Positions 28,081-37,900 of a DNA stretch of 64,000 nucleotides are shown piece by piece. Numbering within the stretch: position 1 is the first letter of the stretch; the number at the start of each line of letters is the position of its first letter. The stretch covers positions 13,911-77,910 of the forward strand of contig JAADGJ010000010.1 of the NCBI GenBank assembly GCA_013152435.1, written 5' to 3'. Made by a program: the position numbers and the translations under genes. Under the pieces are notes generated by a model. The model searched no databases, was not told where the DNA came from, and saw only the letters and a list, made by a program, of their open reading frames with translations. Source of the DNA: Chloroflexota bacterium. Lineage in GTDB: Bacteria; Chloroflexota; Anaerolineae; DUEN01.

Positions 28081-31000
28081 CTAGTTAGGGGATGCGTCAG
28101 ACTGCGGCCCCCGGACGCCGGCGGGCGTGGGCCATGCGTGCGGGACGGGCTTGGGCGAGGTCCCCTCGTGTCGCTCCAGGGGAGCGATCGAGTCCTCGGC
28201 CGGAAGGCCATATTCCCGGCTGGCGTGGCTCTGCGCGGCCGTGATGGGCTCGTCCCAGGCGATGGCCCGGAAATCGTCGAAGTGGACGATGCCCGGCGCG
28301 TAGCTGGAGGGCCAGTTGATCAGCCCAAAGTATCCTTGGCCGAGCAGGGAGACGTCGCTCAGGGTCTGCAGGTATTCATCGTTCACGAAGAGGTGAATCT
28401 TCGTCCCATCACGCACGGCCTTGAGCGTGTTGGGCGAACTGCCCGGCCGGATGGCTGAGGAGGGAAGCCACGCATCCCCCTCCGCGTCATCCCATGTGAG
28501 CGCCTGCCAGTTGCCCTGGTAGATCGCCAGGGCATACTCCATCGTATCGGGGATGATCAGGAACGCGTACAGGGAGTTGAACGATCCATCCTCGCCGAAG
28601 ATCAACCCGTACGCGATGGGGTAGTTGCTCGGCCGATGTCGGGCGGTCACCTGGAAGCTCCCGTTGGGATACGGGCCGATAGGAGCCCGGAAGACGCATG
28701 CCCAGTCGGGCTGGGTAGCGGTCACGTACTCCCCACCCTCATACGTCGCCTGGCAGACCTCTGTGCCGCTGGTGGGCCATCCGCTGCCGGAACTGCTGAA
28801 GTCGTCCTCCATGATCACCGTGGGGATGGTGATCTTGAAGTCGTCGAAGTAGGAGGTGGCCGATCCGGTGTTGTAGTACGCCCAGGTGGCCACGCCTACG
28901 TACCCGTTGCTGGGGAAGGCATTGTCCTTCACGGTGACCAAATCCACATCGTTGACATAAAGTGTGATCTGGTCTCCCTGGCGACGTACCTTGAGGACAT
29001 TGACCTGGTCGCCCGTTTGGATGGCGGGTGAGGCTCCCGCGTCGGTGACGTTGGTCCACGTGCCGTTATCGTATCGTTGCAGCAGGTAGGTCTGGTATGC
29101 AGCATCCACCCAGAAGACGTAGAACTGCTGGATGCTGTTGGGGGAGTCCAGGCCAAAGACCAGGCCGTAGACGCTGCCATCACCGGCGGAGGACTTGGCG
29201 GCTTTCACCTGGAAGACGCCATCCACCCGGGGTTGCGCCGGAGCTGCGGAGAGGCATACCTGTCCTAGCTGCAGGACGGCTACGCCATACATGCCGCTCA
29301 CGTAGGCATACTGGCACACCCCTGCCGCCCCGGAGGCCCAGCCGCTGGCCGGATTGGCGAAGTTGTCGTAGTAGACGCGCGGTGAAGGGGGCTGCGTCGG
29401 TGTAGGTGTGGGGCCGACGGGCGTCGGGGTCGGCGTCGGCGTGGCTGTGGCCGTGGGGGTCGGTGTACTGGTGGGCAGGAGCACAGCTGTGGCCGTGGGA
29501 GTGGGTGTGGGATAGCCGGTGGGGGTTGGTGTGGCCGTGGGAGCAGATGTAGGTGTAAATGTAGGCGTGCTGGTTGGGGTGGGGGTGAACTGCCCCATGT
29601 TCTTCCCCACCAGCGGGAGATGGAGGAGGGTGGACGGCGTTGTGCCGGGCCGGGTCGGCGTGGGGGTGGGGGCAGAGGTGCCCCCGGAAAGCTGCACGCG
29701 ATATACGCTGCGCCCGTGGGTTGCGGCCACGAGCACGTTCGCCTTCGCGTTCAGGACCAGATCCACGACTGCCACGGCGGGCAGGCCGTTATTGAAGGGC
29801 TCCCAGGTGCGCCCGTCATCACGGGTGCGGAAGACGCCGGTATCCGTGCCGATGTAGATCGTGCCGGGTGCGTCCGGATCCAGGGCGATGGAGAGGGCGG
29901 GCACGTCCGGCAGATTGCCGCTGATGTCCCGCCAGGTGGCGCCTCCGTCCGTGGTCTTGAACACGTGCCCGGGCTGCCCGGGAGTGTGGACGTTGAAGCC
30001 GTTATACACCACGTACGCCACGCGGGGATTTCGGGAGTCTACGGCGATGGCGGAGACCCAACGATTGGGTAGGGGAGGCTTGGTCACGTTCGTCCAGCTC
30101 CCTCCCGTGTTAGTGGTCACCTGCACGTTGCCGTCCGATGTGCCCACGTAGATGGTGCGGGGATCTGAGGGGGCCACGGCGATGGCGGAGATGCTGCCGG
30201 GCCGAGTTCCTCCTTTGGAGAGATCCCCGCTAATGGGCGTCCACGTATCGCCGCGATCGGTGGTCCGGTAGAGGCGATGCGTTCCGAAGTAGATTACGCC
30301 GGGCGTGGACGGATCCAGAGCGAACGGCGCGTAGAAGAGCGCCCGGTCCTGCTGGCCGATGCCCTCCGTCTTAATGGGCCAGTCATCCACGGGGGCGCTC
30401 CCGTTCTTCTCGTTGCGCTGGAAGGAGATGCCGAACCGGGTGCCGTAGTAGATGTTGGGATTGAAGGGATCGATGGCCACCCGGCCTCCGTCGCCCACGT
30501 CCAGCGCATCCCATACCAGCGCCCCTGTGGTCCTCGCCTTGTTGTTATCCTGCATGCCGCCGAAGATGATGTTGGGATTCGTGGGGTGGACGCCGATGCC
30601 CGTGAACTGGAGGGTGGCCAGGCCGTTGTTTCGATTCACCCATGTGCGCCCGCCGTCGGCGGATCTCCACACGCCGCCGTCGGTGCCCACCCATACCACG
30701 TTCGGATTTTTGGGATCGAACACGATGGCGTGGACGTCGGGATGGAGGGTGTGCTCGGGCGCGTCGTTAGGGCTCAGGTCCTGCCAGGTGGCCCCGCCGT
30801 CCGTGGACCGAACGACGACCTCCTTGATGCGCGTGACCGGCTGCCAGATGTAGTTGGCGGCCCCGCCCAGGTACACGATGTTAGGGTTTGTGGGGTGGAT
30901 GGATACCACGTTGTCGTACCAGCACTGGCCCATGCAGTAGTTGGGCGCGTTGCGCAGCCAGGTCCACGAATCGCCGCCGTCCGTGGTCTTGAAGACGATG

Positions 31001-32181
31001 CCGCCCTGGTATCGGTTGGGCTCCTCGTATTGATAGCCCGCGTAGAGGACGTTGGGGTTGGAGCGGCTGATATCCAGGGCGATCATCCCGAAGTTGCGCC
31101 CCGGCAGGCCGTTGGTCAGCCGCACCCAGCTCGCCCCGCCGTCGGTGCTGCGGAAGATGCCGATATTCCAGAAGGCCGCGTACAGGATATTGGGGTTGGT
31201 GGGATGCATGAGGAGGGCGGAGGCCCCGTAGCAATCCTGGCAGGCCAGGAGGGTCTGCCAGGTGCGCCCGCCGTCCGTGGATCGGTAGATGCCGCGCAAA
31301 GGACGCGCCGGGCCCGCGACGCCCGTGAAGGAGGTGGCCGCGTAGAGCAGGTTGGGCTGGCGTGGATGGACGATCAGGGCCCGGATGCCCAACCCGGTGA
31401 AGGCGTCGGCGGCCAGATGCTGCCAGGTGCGCCCGCCGTCCGTGGATTTGAGGATCCCCATGCCGTAGTAGTTGTCCAGGCCGGGGGTGGGCTCTCCGGT
31501 GCCCACGTAGATCGTGTCCGGATTGGAGGGATCCAGCGTGATGGTGCCGACGGCCAACGTGGGCTGGTCATCGGTGAGCGGAACCCAGCTGTCGCCGCCG
31601 TCCGTGGTCTTCCACACGCCTCCCAGCGCCGTGCCCAGATAGACCACGTCGCTGTTGCGCGGATCGATGGCGAGGGCGGTGACGCGGCCGCTGACCTTCA
31701 CCTTGTGACTGCCCATCTGAGAGTCTCGCATGCTTGCGGGGCCGATGTTCTCCCAGCGCGGCAGGGCTGCGGCTTTCCGCAGCATACGCGACATCTCGAT
31801 CGTCTGGCGGATGGCCTTGGGATACGCCCCCTTGGGCAGGGTATCCTGCGGATAGGCGCGTTGGGCCACGAAGAAGTGCAGACGCAGGCGTGGCTTCCCC
31901 GTCTCGTCCACCCCCGGCGGTATAGGCGGTCCCCCTGGTGGGACGAGCCGCCAGGAGGGAGGCCCACCCGCGGGCGTGGGGCGGGCGCGGCAGGCGAGGC
32001 AGTTGGGGCCATCGTCCGGGCGCCACGCGTCGGGGGCCGGGACATGCGCGAGCGAGTCGACCATGTAGGGCACGATGGGCTCGGAGAGGATCCCCTGATC
32101 CGAGCGCGTAAAGATGGCCAGCACAGCCAGAACCACGGCCAGCGAAAGGTATACGGGCAGACGTCGATCAGCGCCTCTCAT
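28081..32181 (-). CDS. Secreted BNR/Asp-box (sortilin/GH74-like) beta-propeller protein with PT linker and two C-terminal lectin-like (DUF1080-like) domains
   Basis: WENIGP, SGRVTALAIDP, about ten (S/T)xDGGx(T/S)W boxes; internal LHLPLVGK; repeated DxFxxxxSGW...NxLKxxRxGxxIxLxVN domain. Confidence 0.82.
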   Translation of the reverse strand: MRGADRRLPVYLSLAVVLAVLAIFTRSDQGILSEPIVPYMVDSLAHVPAPDAWRPDDGPNCLACRARPTPAGGPPSWRLVPPGGPPIPPGVDETGKPRLRLHFFVAQRAYPQDTLPKGAYPKAIRQTIEMSRMLRKAAALPRWENIGPASMRDSQMGSHKVKVSGRVTALAIDPRNSDVVYLGTALGGVWKTTDGGDSWVPLTDDQPTLAVGTITLDPSNPDTIYVGTGEPTPGLDNYYGMGILKSTDGGRTWQHLAADAFTGLGIRALIVHPRQPNLLYAATSFTGVAGPARPLRGIYRSTDGGRTWQTLLACQDCYGASALLMHPTNPNILYAAFWNIGIFRSTDGGASWVRLTNGLPGRNFGMIALDISRSNPNVLYAGYQYEEPNRYQGGIVFKTTDGGDSWTWLRNAPNYCMGQCWYDNVVSIHPTNPNIVYLGGAANYIWQPVTRIKEVVVRSTDGGATWQDLSPNDAPEHTLHPDVHAIVFDPKNPNVVWVGTDGGVWRSADGGRTWVNRNNGLATLQFTGIGVHPTNPNIIFGGMQDNNKARTTGALVWDALDVGDGGRVAIDPFNPNIYYGTRFGISFQRNEKNGSAPVDDWPIKTEGIGQQDRALFYAPFALDPSTPGVIYFGTHRLYRTTDRGDTWTPISGDLSKGGTRPGSISAIAVAPSDPRTIYVGTSDGNVQVTTNTGGSWTNVTKPPLPNRWVSAIAVDSRNPRVAYVVYNGFNVHTPGQPGHVFKTTDGGATWRDISGNLPDVPALSIALDPDAPGTIYIGTDTGVFRTRDDGRTWEPFNNGLPAVAVVDLVLNAKANVLVAATHGRSVYRVQLSGGTSAPTPTPTRPGTTPSTLLHLPLVGKNMGQFTPTPTSTPTFTPTSAPTATPTPTGYPTPTPTATAVLLPTSTPTPTATATPTPTPTPVGPTPTPTQPPSPRVYYDNFANPASGWASGAAGVCQYAYVSGMYGVAVLQLGQVCLSAAPAQPRVDGVFQVKAAKSSAGDGSVYGLVFGLDSPNSIQQFYVFWVDAAYQTYLLQRYDNGTWTNVTDAGASPAIQTGDQVNVLKVRRQGDQITLYVNDVDLVTVKDNAFPSNGYVGVATWAYYNTGSATSYFDDFKITIPTVIMEDDFSSSGSGWPTSGTEVCQATYEGGEYVTATQPDWACVFRAPIGPYPNGSFQVTARHRPSNYPIAYGLIFGEDGSFNSLYAFLIIPDTMEYALAIYQGNWQALTWDDAEGDAWLPSSAIRPGSSPNTLKAVRDGTKIHLFVNDEYLQTLSDVSLLGQGYFGLINWPSSYAPGIVHFDDFRAIAWDEPITAAQSHASREYGLPAEDSIAPLERHEGTSPKPVPHAWPTPAGVRGPQSDASPN

Positions 32182-32212
32182 CTCGTATCCTCCGAATCCA
32201 CGACGGCCTTTC

Positions 32213-33028
32213 TCAGTCTATCCACGCGGTTTCCATCAGGTTGTACCCGGCGATCTGGAGGATCGCCAGGGATAGCAGCCAGATCTCCGCCTCTCTGGAG
32301 GGGGACCCCTCCAACGTGATGGCGGGGGTAAGAGCTCTCCTTCGCAAGTGAATGACGCCCTTCAGCCGGGCTGGAGGGCAGGCCAGATGACCGATGGTCT
32401 CCCCCCGGATCGTGACCGGGTAGGAGCGTTCTCGAGTATCACGCAAGCGGGTGATGGGGCCGATGCTGAAGCGGATAGGGGACCTCTTCGGCCGGGGTGC
32501 GCTGCCGATGGGCTGTTCCTCTGCGTCGAGGAGTATGCCGTCAAGGCGGATGCTTCCCCATGGCTCTCCGTCCACCTGGATCATGACGCTATCTGGCGTG
32601 ATGCGGTAGGCGAAGGACTGTTCGGTCGTGCGAGCCAGAAGATGCCCATCGGGTCGGCGGGCGCCGCGCACTTTCAAACCGAAGGCGACCCACGATGGCC
32701 CATCGGGATCGCTTCGGCTGGGGATGGTGCCCCGCGCGTTCAGATCCCTGCCGATCCTCCACCAACGAGCTCTCCAGCCGGCGGCGAGATCGGTCAGACC
32801 CTCCGAAGACCAGGGGCGGAGCTGAGCGACCATTTCGTCTAACTGCTCCTGCAGCTGCTCCCACCCTTCGGCCAGGGTAGTGGCATCCGGGGGACGCCAT
32901 TGGCGATGGATGGTGTACATCATGAACACCGCCAGCGCGATGAGCCCCAGCCCCCCGATGCAGAAGGGAAGCACGCAGCCGGCGATCGTCAGGAGTTCGG
33001 CGAAGGTCCTCGTCCCGCCCACGGGCAC
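32213..33028 (-). CDS. Single-pass membrane protein of unknown function, paralog of 10090-10818
   Basis: Cys-containing N-terminal TM; conserved blocks shared with 10090-10818. Confidence 0.75.
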   Translation of the reverse strand: MPVGGTRTFAELLTIAGCVLPFCIGGLGLIALAVFMMYTIHRQWRPPDATTLAEGWEQLQEQLDEMVAQLRPWSSEGLTDLAAGWRARWWRIGRDLNARGTIPSRSDPDGPSWVAFGLKVRGARRPDGHLLARTTEQSFAYRITPDSVMIQVDGEPWGSIRLDGILLDAEEQPIGSAPRPKRSPIRFSIGPITRLRDTRERSYPVTIRGETIGHLACPPARLKGVIHLRRRALTPAITLEGSPSREAEIWLLSLAILQIAGYNLMETAWID

Positions 33029-33037
33029 TATCTCCCT

Positions 33038-34507
33038 CTATCCTTTCTTCACCATCACCGGCAGGAAGTAGCGATGGATTTTCGTCTGCTGGCCCGCCGG
33101 ATCGTACTCGTAGGCGCCGATATCGCAGACCGCGGAGCCGTTGCCATCGCCGTCCAAGGGGCGAGCCACGCCGCGTTGGTCGGTGGCAAGGCAAGTGGTG
33201 TTCAAACCGGCATCTACGGCGGGACTGTTACTTGGGAGAGCGTGCGTGGGGGTGGCACCGCCGTTATCCGCTAGCGGGAGCAGGCGTGGGTCTTTGCCGG
33301 TGATATTCCCGGTCGATGTGCCGCCGATGGTGCACTGGCTGGTCACCGTTTGGATCAGGTTATGGCCCAGGGAGGTGAGCTTGCCCCAACAATCCCGATC
33401 CCCGTTGGGGTCCTGGTTCCCGGCGATGAGGGTGTTGGTCAGCCGCACCACCGGCGAAGTCTCTTCAGAGGCGGAGAGCTCGTTGTAGACCCCGCCGCCA
33501 CGCCCCAGCCCGTCTCCGTCGAGATCTGCCGTGTTGTTCGCAATGGTCACGTTGGCCAGGGATACGGCGCCCTGGACGCCGATCGCGTTGCTGTTATAGA
33601 TCCCGCCACCGCGCCCATTCGTGCGGTTTCCGCTGATGGTGCTGTTGGCCAGCGTGAGCGTCCCACCGCTGTTCCGAATTCCACCTCCGCCTTCGTCATA
33701 GGCTACCGCCTCCGCGAAGTTCTCACTGAACGTGCTGGTCGCGATGGTGGTGGTTGAGTATACGTTGTTGAGGAGCGCGCCGCCCTCGCGTAGGGCTGAG
33801 TTCCCCCGGAAGAGGCTGTTTCGCACGATGACCGCATTGCCGTTGTTCGCCAGCCCCCCCCCGTTCATCCCAGCGTAGTTGTTCAGAAGCTGGACGTTTT
33901 CCAGTGTGGCGGAGGCGTTGTCGGTGACCTGAATGCCGCCGCCATTGCCGTCGCTCCGGTTATCGGTCAGCAGGACGTTCTTCACGAGGATCTGAGCCCG
34001 GCCAGAGACCTGAATGCCGCCGCCATGGGGTGGGTTGATGGCATGGCCGTTGCGGATCGTCATACCGGAGATCGTGACGAGGAAGGCCCCGGATGAAACC
34101 CCTACGATGTCGAAGACGCGATCGCTTTTGTTCCCGTCGATGATGGTCTTTCCGATCCCCGCGCCGTTGATGGCCAGGCTGGCTGTGATGTCCAGGTCGC
34201 CCATTGCGGCCGCATCCTCGTCGACCCCGGCGATGGTCAATTTGTAAATGCCCGCCGGCAGGGTGATGATATCGGCGCCGCTCCCCGCGGGGCAGGCGTC
34301 AACGGCGGTGTCCGTGTTGGCGGCCCGAATGGCCTCCCGTAAGGAGCAATCTCCATCGCTGTTCAACTCATCGTCGGTGGTGTTCACGGTGATCGTGGTC
34401 GCGGCCTGTGCGATGGGGGAGGGCAGTGCGGGCCAGGACCAGACGAGTGAGGACAGGATCAAGAGGGTGAGAAGCATCTTCGTGCGACTACCTTTCCTGA
34501 GCTGCAT
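33038..34507 (-). CDS. Secreted CSLREA / beta-helix (GGGI repeats) / choice-of-anchor-Q-like protein
   Basis: DGDCSLREAIRAAN, GGGI repeats, DPRLLPLADNGG, DQRGVARP, CDIGAYE; ends YFLPVMVKKG; AGGAGG RBS. Confidence 0.88.
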   Translation of the reverse strand: MQLRKGSRTKMLLTLLILSSLVWSWPALPSPIAQAATTITVNTTDDELNSDGDCSLREAIRAANTDTAVDACPAGSGADIITLPAGIYKLTIAGVDEDAAAMGDLDITASLAINGAGIGKTIIDGNKSDRVFDIVGVSSGAFLVTISGMTIRNGHAINPPHGGGIQVSGRAQILVKNVLLTDNRSDGNGGGIQVTDNASATLENVQLLNNYAGMNGGGLANNGNAVIVRNSLFRGNSALREGGALLNNVYSTTTIATSTFSENFAEAVAYDEGGGGIRNSGGTLTLANSTISGNRTNGRGGGIYNSNAIGVQGAVSLANVTIANNTADLDGDGLGRGGGVYNELSASEETSPVVRLTNTLIAGNQDPNGDRDCWGKLTSLGHNLIQTVTSQCTIGGTSTGNITGKDPRLLPLADNGGATPTHALPSNSPAVDAGLNTTCLATDQRGVARPLDGDGNGSAVCDIGAYEYDPAGQQTKIHRYFLPVMVKKG

Positions 34508-34551
34508 GCAGGCGCCTCCTTTTCGTGTAGTGCAAATGTTCTGCTTCGACG

Positions 34552-34764
34552 TTAGGGTCCTTCAGCGTTCCTGGTGGGGGGATCGAGAGGCGAGGAGGTC
34601 TGCTCTCGTAGATAGGCGATCAGTGCCTCCACGGAAGGGAACCCCTGGCGTTTTCCAGTTCGGGTATCTTCCAGGGAGGCTCGCCAGATGGGGGAGTCGT
34701 CACCTGACTCGGCCCACAGGCGTAGAAGGAAGGAATAGTATGGATATCGATCCAACGGGCTCAT
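34552..34764 (-). CDS. 70-aa hypothetical protein, first gene of the secreted-protein run
   Basis: MSPLDRYPYYSFLLRLW...WRASLEDTRTGKRQGFPSVEALIAYL; GGGAGG RBS. Confidence 0.75.
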   Translation of the reverse strand: MSPLDRYPYYSFLLRLWAESGDDSPIWRASLEDTRTGKRQGFPSVEALIAYLREQTSSPLDPPTRNAEGP

Positions 34765-34878
34765 GAGGAACCTCCCAACGCATGGGCGGTGCACTGGATC
34801 CTCGCATGGACGCGGCGGCATTATATGCCCCAGGATACAGTGTCCGGGCAATGGCACAGTGACTTCAATAGCACAATG

Positions 34879-34898
34879 GTGTCAGGAAAGTGTCAGGA
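34879..34898. promoter_or_regulatory. Direct repeat GTGTCAGGA x2 with 11-bp period; candidate SARP/OmpR-type binding site
   Basis: GTGTCAGGA at 34879-34887 and 34890-34898, between the divergent BTAD regulator and the gene run. Confidence 0.65.
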
Positions 34899-34990
34899 GG
34901 GAGCCCTAGATCCGGTTCAGGGGTGGGTTTTCGATGAATGGAATATGGTAAAATAGGCCTAAGTAAGGGAGGGGCTCTGGGGGAAGGGAA

Positions 34991-37900
34991 ATGGGATTGG
35001 AGATCTTCCTGCTTGGGACGTTTCAGGTTCTGCGGGATGGCGAGTCGCTCCAGGGTTTTGAGTCCCAGCGCGTTCGAGCCCTGTTGGCTTATCTGGTGCT
35101 GGAGGCGGATCGGCCGCATTCGCGCGAGGCGCTGGCGGCCTTGCTCTGGCCCGATGCCTCCGATTGGCGGGCGCGCCGCAACCTCAGTCAGGCGTTATCC
35201 AATCTCCGGAAGGTCCTGGGAGAATCCGGTCGGGAAGGGGGGTATCTTCGAATCACGCCGCACAGTGTTCAGTTTAACCCGCAGAGCCGTTATGTCCTGG
35301 ATGTGACCCGCCTGGAGGCGCTGTTGGATGCCTGCGAACGGCATTCTCATCGGCGCATCGAGGGTTGCCAGGCCTGTCAGGATCGGCTGGAGCGGATTGT
35401 GGGCCTGTATAAAGGGCCGCTCTTACAGGGCGTCCGCGTGCGAGATGCGTTGCCGTTCGAGGAGTGGCTGGTGATGCGGCGTGAGCGTCTGGAGATCAAG
35501 GCCCAAACGGCCTTTATGAGGCTGCTTCAGATCTACGAGCGGCAGGGGGATTACGCGGCTGCCGAGGAGGTGGCCCGTAAGTTATTGGATCTGGCGCCCT
35601 GGCTGGAAGAGGCGCATGCGCGCCTCATACGCTTGTTAGCCGTCCAGGGACACCGCAGCCAGGCGCTGAAGCAGTATCGTACCTGCTGCAAGGTTCTGGC
35701 GCGTGAACTGGAGACCGAGCCTACAGCGGAGACGCAGGAGCTTGTGCGTCGGATCCGGGCGGGAGAGACCGATCCCTCCTCGTTGGGCTTCCCCGCGACC
35801 ATGTGTCGACTACCGACCCCTTTCACGCCCTTCGTGGGGCGTGAGGTGGAGGTCCAGGCCATCGTCGATCGGTTTCAGCGCCGGGGAGACAGGCTGGTTA
35901 CCATCGTAGGCCCTGGAGGATGCGGGAAGACCTATCTGGCCGTGCATGCCGCCCGGCGTCTTCTCTGCGCCTTTCGCGATGGGGTCTACTTCGTCTCTTT
36001 GGCCTCCTTGAGCTCGGCGGGGGCGCTCCCTTCCGCGATCGCAGATGTGTTGGGCATTCCGTTCTTCGGGGAGCGGTCGCCGGAGCAACAGGTGCTCGCT
36101 TATCTGCGTGAGAGAGACCTACTGCTTGTCCTGGATAATTTCGAACATCTGCTGCCGAAGGTCGGGTTTCTGGAGGAGCTTCTGCAGACTGCCCCAGACG
36201 TTTGTCTTCTCATCACCTCGCGCGCGCCCTTGCATCTGCAGGCTGAGCAGGTGGTCCCGTTGGGAGGGCTGGCATATCCCGAGGAGGGGGCGGCGGATTG
36301 GGAGCAGTATCCGGCGGTGCAACTTTTTGCCCAGCAAGCCAGGCGATTGAGCCCGGATGTGGATCCGCTTCGGGAGGAGCCCCGGGAGGTTGTACGCCTT
36401 TGCCGTCTGGTGGATGGGATGCCCCTGGCGCTCCTGCTGGCCGCTGCCTGGGTCCGGACGCTGTCGTGTGGGGAGATCGTCGCCCGGATCCGAGAGAACC
36501 TGGATTTCCTCCAGGTGAATTGGCCGGATGTGCCGCCTCGCCATCGCAGCTTGAGGGCGACCTTTGACCACTCCTGGCGATTGCTGAGCGCCAAGGAGCG
36601 GGAAGCCCTTCAGGGGGTGTCCGTGTTTCAGGGGGCTTTTGATGTCGGCGCTGCGAGTCAGGTGGCAGGGGCCACGGAGGAGGTTCTGGCCTCCCTGGTT
36701 GATAAATCCCTCGTCATGATCGTGGCCTCGCAGCACTACAGGTTACACGAGCAGCTCCGGCAGTACGTATATGAGAAACTGGAGGCTCACCCCGAGCGGT
36801 TGCGGCAGGTACTCGCTCGCTATTTGGCCTATTATGCAGATCTGGTCGAGCGGCATTTGGAGGGGCTTGAAGCGGGGGATCCGGAGGCGATGGCGGCCCT
36901 CGAGGCGGGACTGGAGGATATTCGGGCGGCCTGGCAACATGCGCTGGCGCTCGAGGATGCCCGGATTTTGCCCGTCCTGACGGAGGGGTTGACGGGCTAC
37001 TATCGGCGCCGCAGTCGGTTTCATGAGGTGGCTGACCTATTACGGCGCTTGCTAGAGGGGGGTGGAGGCGGCCGCCTGGACGACAGGACGCGGATCTCCT
37101 TTCAGCGTCAGCTGGGGGAGGCGTACTTCAAGTGCGGCCGCATGGTGGATGGGGAACGTTATCTGCACGACGTGTTGCGTGCACTCGACCGGCCCATGCC
37201 GAAGGCGGCCGCTCCTTTGGTGATTCGGATAGGTGTGGAGGCCGCACGGCAGGCGTGGCATCGCGTGCGGATGCCGCGCCCGGCGGCCGATCCCTGGAGG
37301 CTGCTGGACGCGGCGCGCGCATATGAGCGGCTGGGGCAGTGTTTCTTCTTCCGCTCTGAATCCCTCCCGGCGATCTACACGGCGCTTCGTGGGTTGAACC
37401 TGGCCGAGCGAGCGGGTGTATCGCCGGACTTAGCGCGCCTCTACGCCAGCATGTGTCTGGGACTGGCCTTTGCACCTCAACGCCGCTTGGCGCGAGTGTA
37501 CGCTCGTCTGACCCGGGAGATGATCGAGCGTGTGACGGAGGAGCGAGCTCGCGCCTGGGCGTTGGAGGTGCTCTCCCTTTATCACTGTGGCGTCGGGGAG
37601 TGGGGGGCTGCGTTGGAGGCGGCCAACGCAGCCGTTGAGATCGCCAAATCCATTGGGGATCAGCGGCGCATGGAGGAGGCCATGGTCACGCCGGCGCTGG
37701 TCGCTCACTATCGGGGCGATCTGGAGCGGGCGTCATCCATGTGGCTGGATCTCCATCGGCTGGCGGCGGATCGACGAGATCCTCAGGTGCAGGCGTGGTG
37801 CGGCACCGGATATGCTGAGAGTCGACTGTTGCTGGGGGAGGATGAGCGCGCTCTTCGCTGGCTGCTTCGCGCACAGACCCTGCTGGTCGACACGCTGGAT

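Noticed and set aside
21040..29600. Short tandem G/T-rich repeats (about 21040-21150, 22410-22445, 23380-23490, 29400-29590) as CRISPR or VNTR
   Set aside because: They encode Pro-Thr linkers in minus-strand genes; no repeat-spacer structure
30277..32319. Long antisense ORFs (this 680-aa one, 13526-15028, 17531-19066 and others)
   Set aside because: Shadow ORFs typical of high-GC coding sequence opposite well-supported genes
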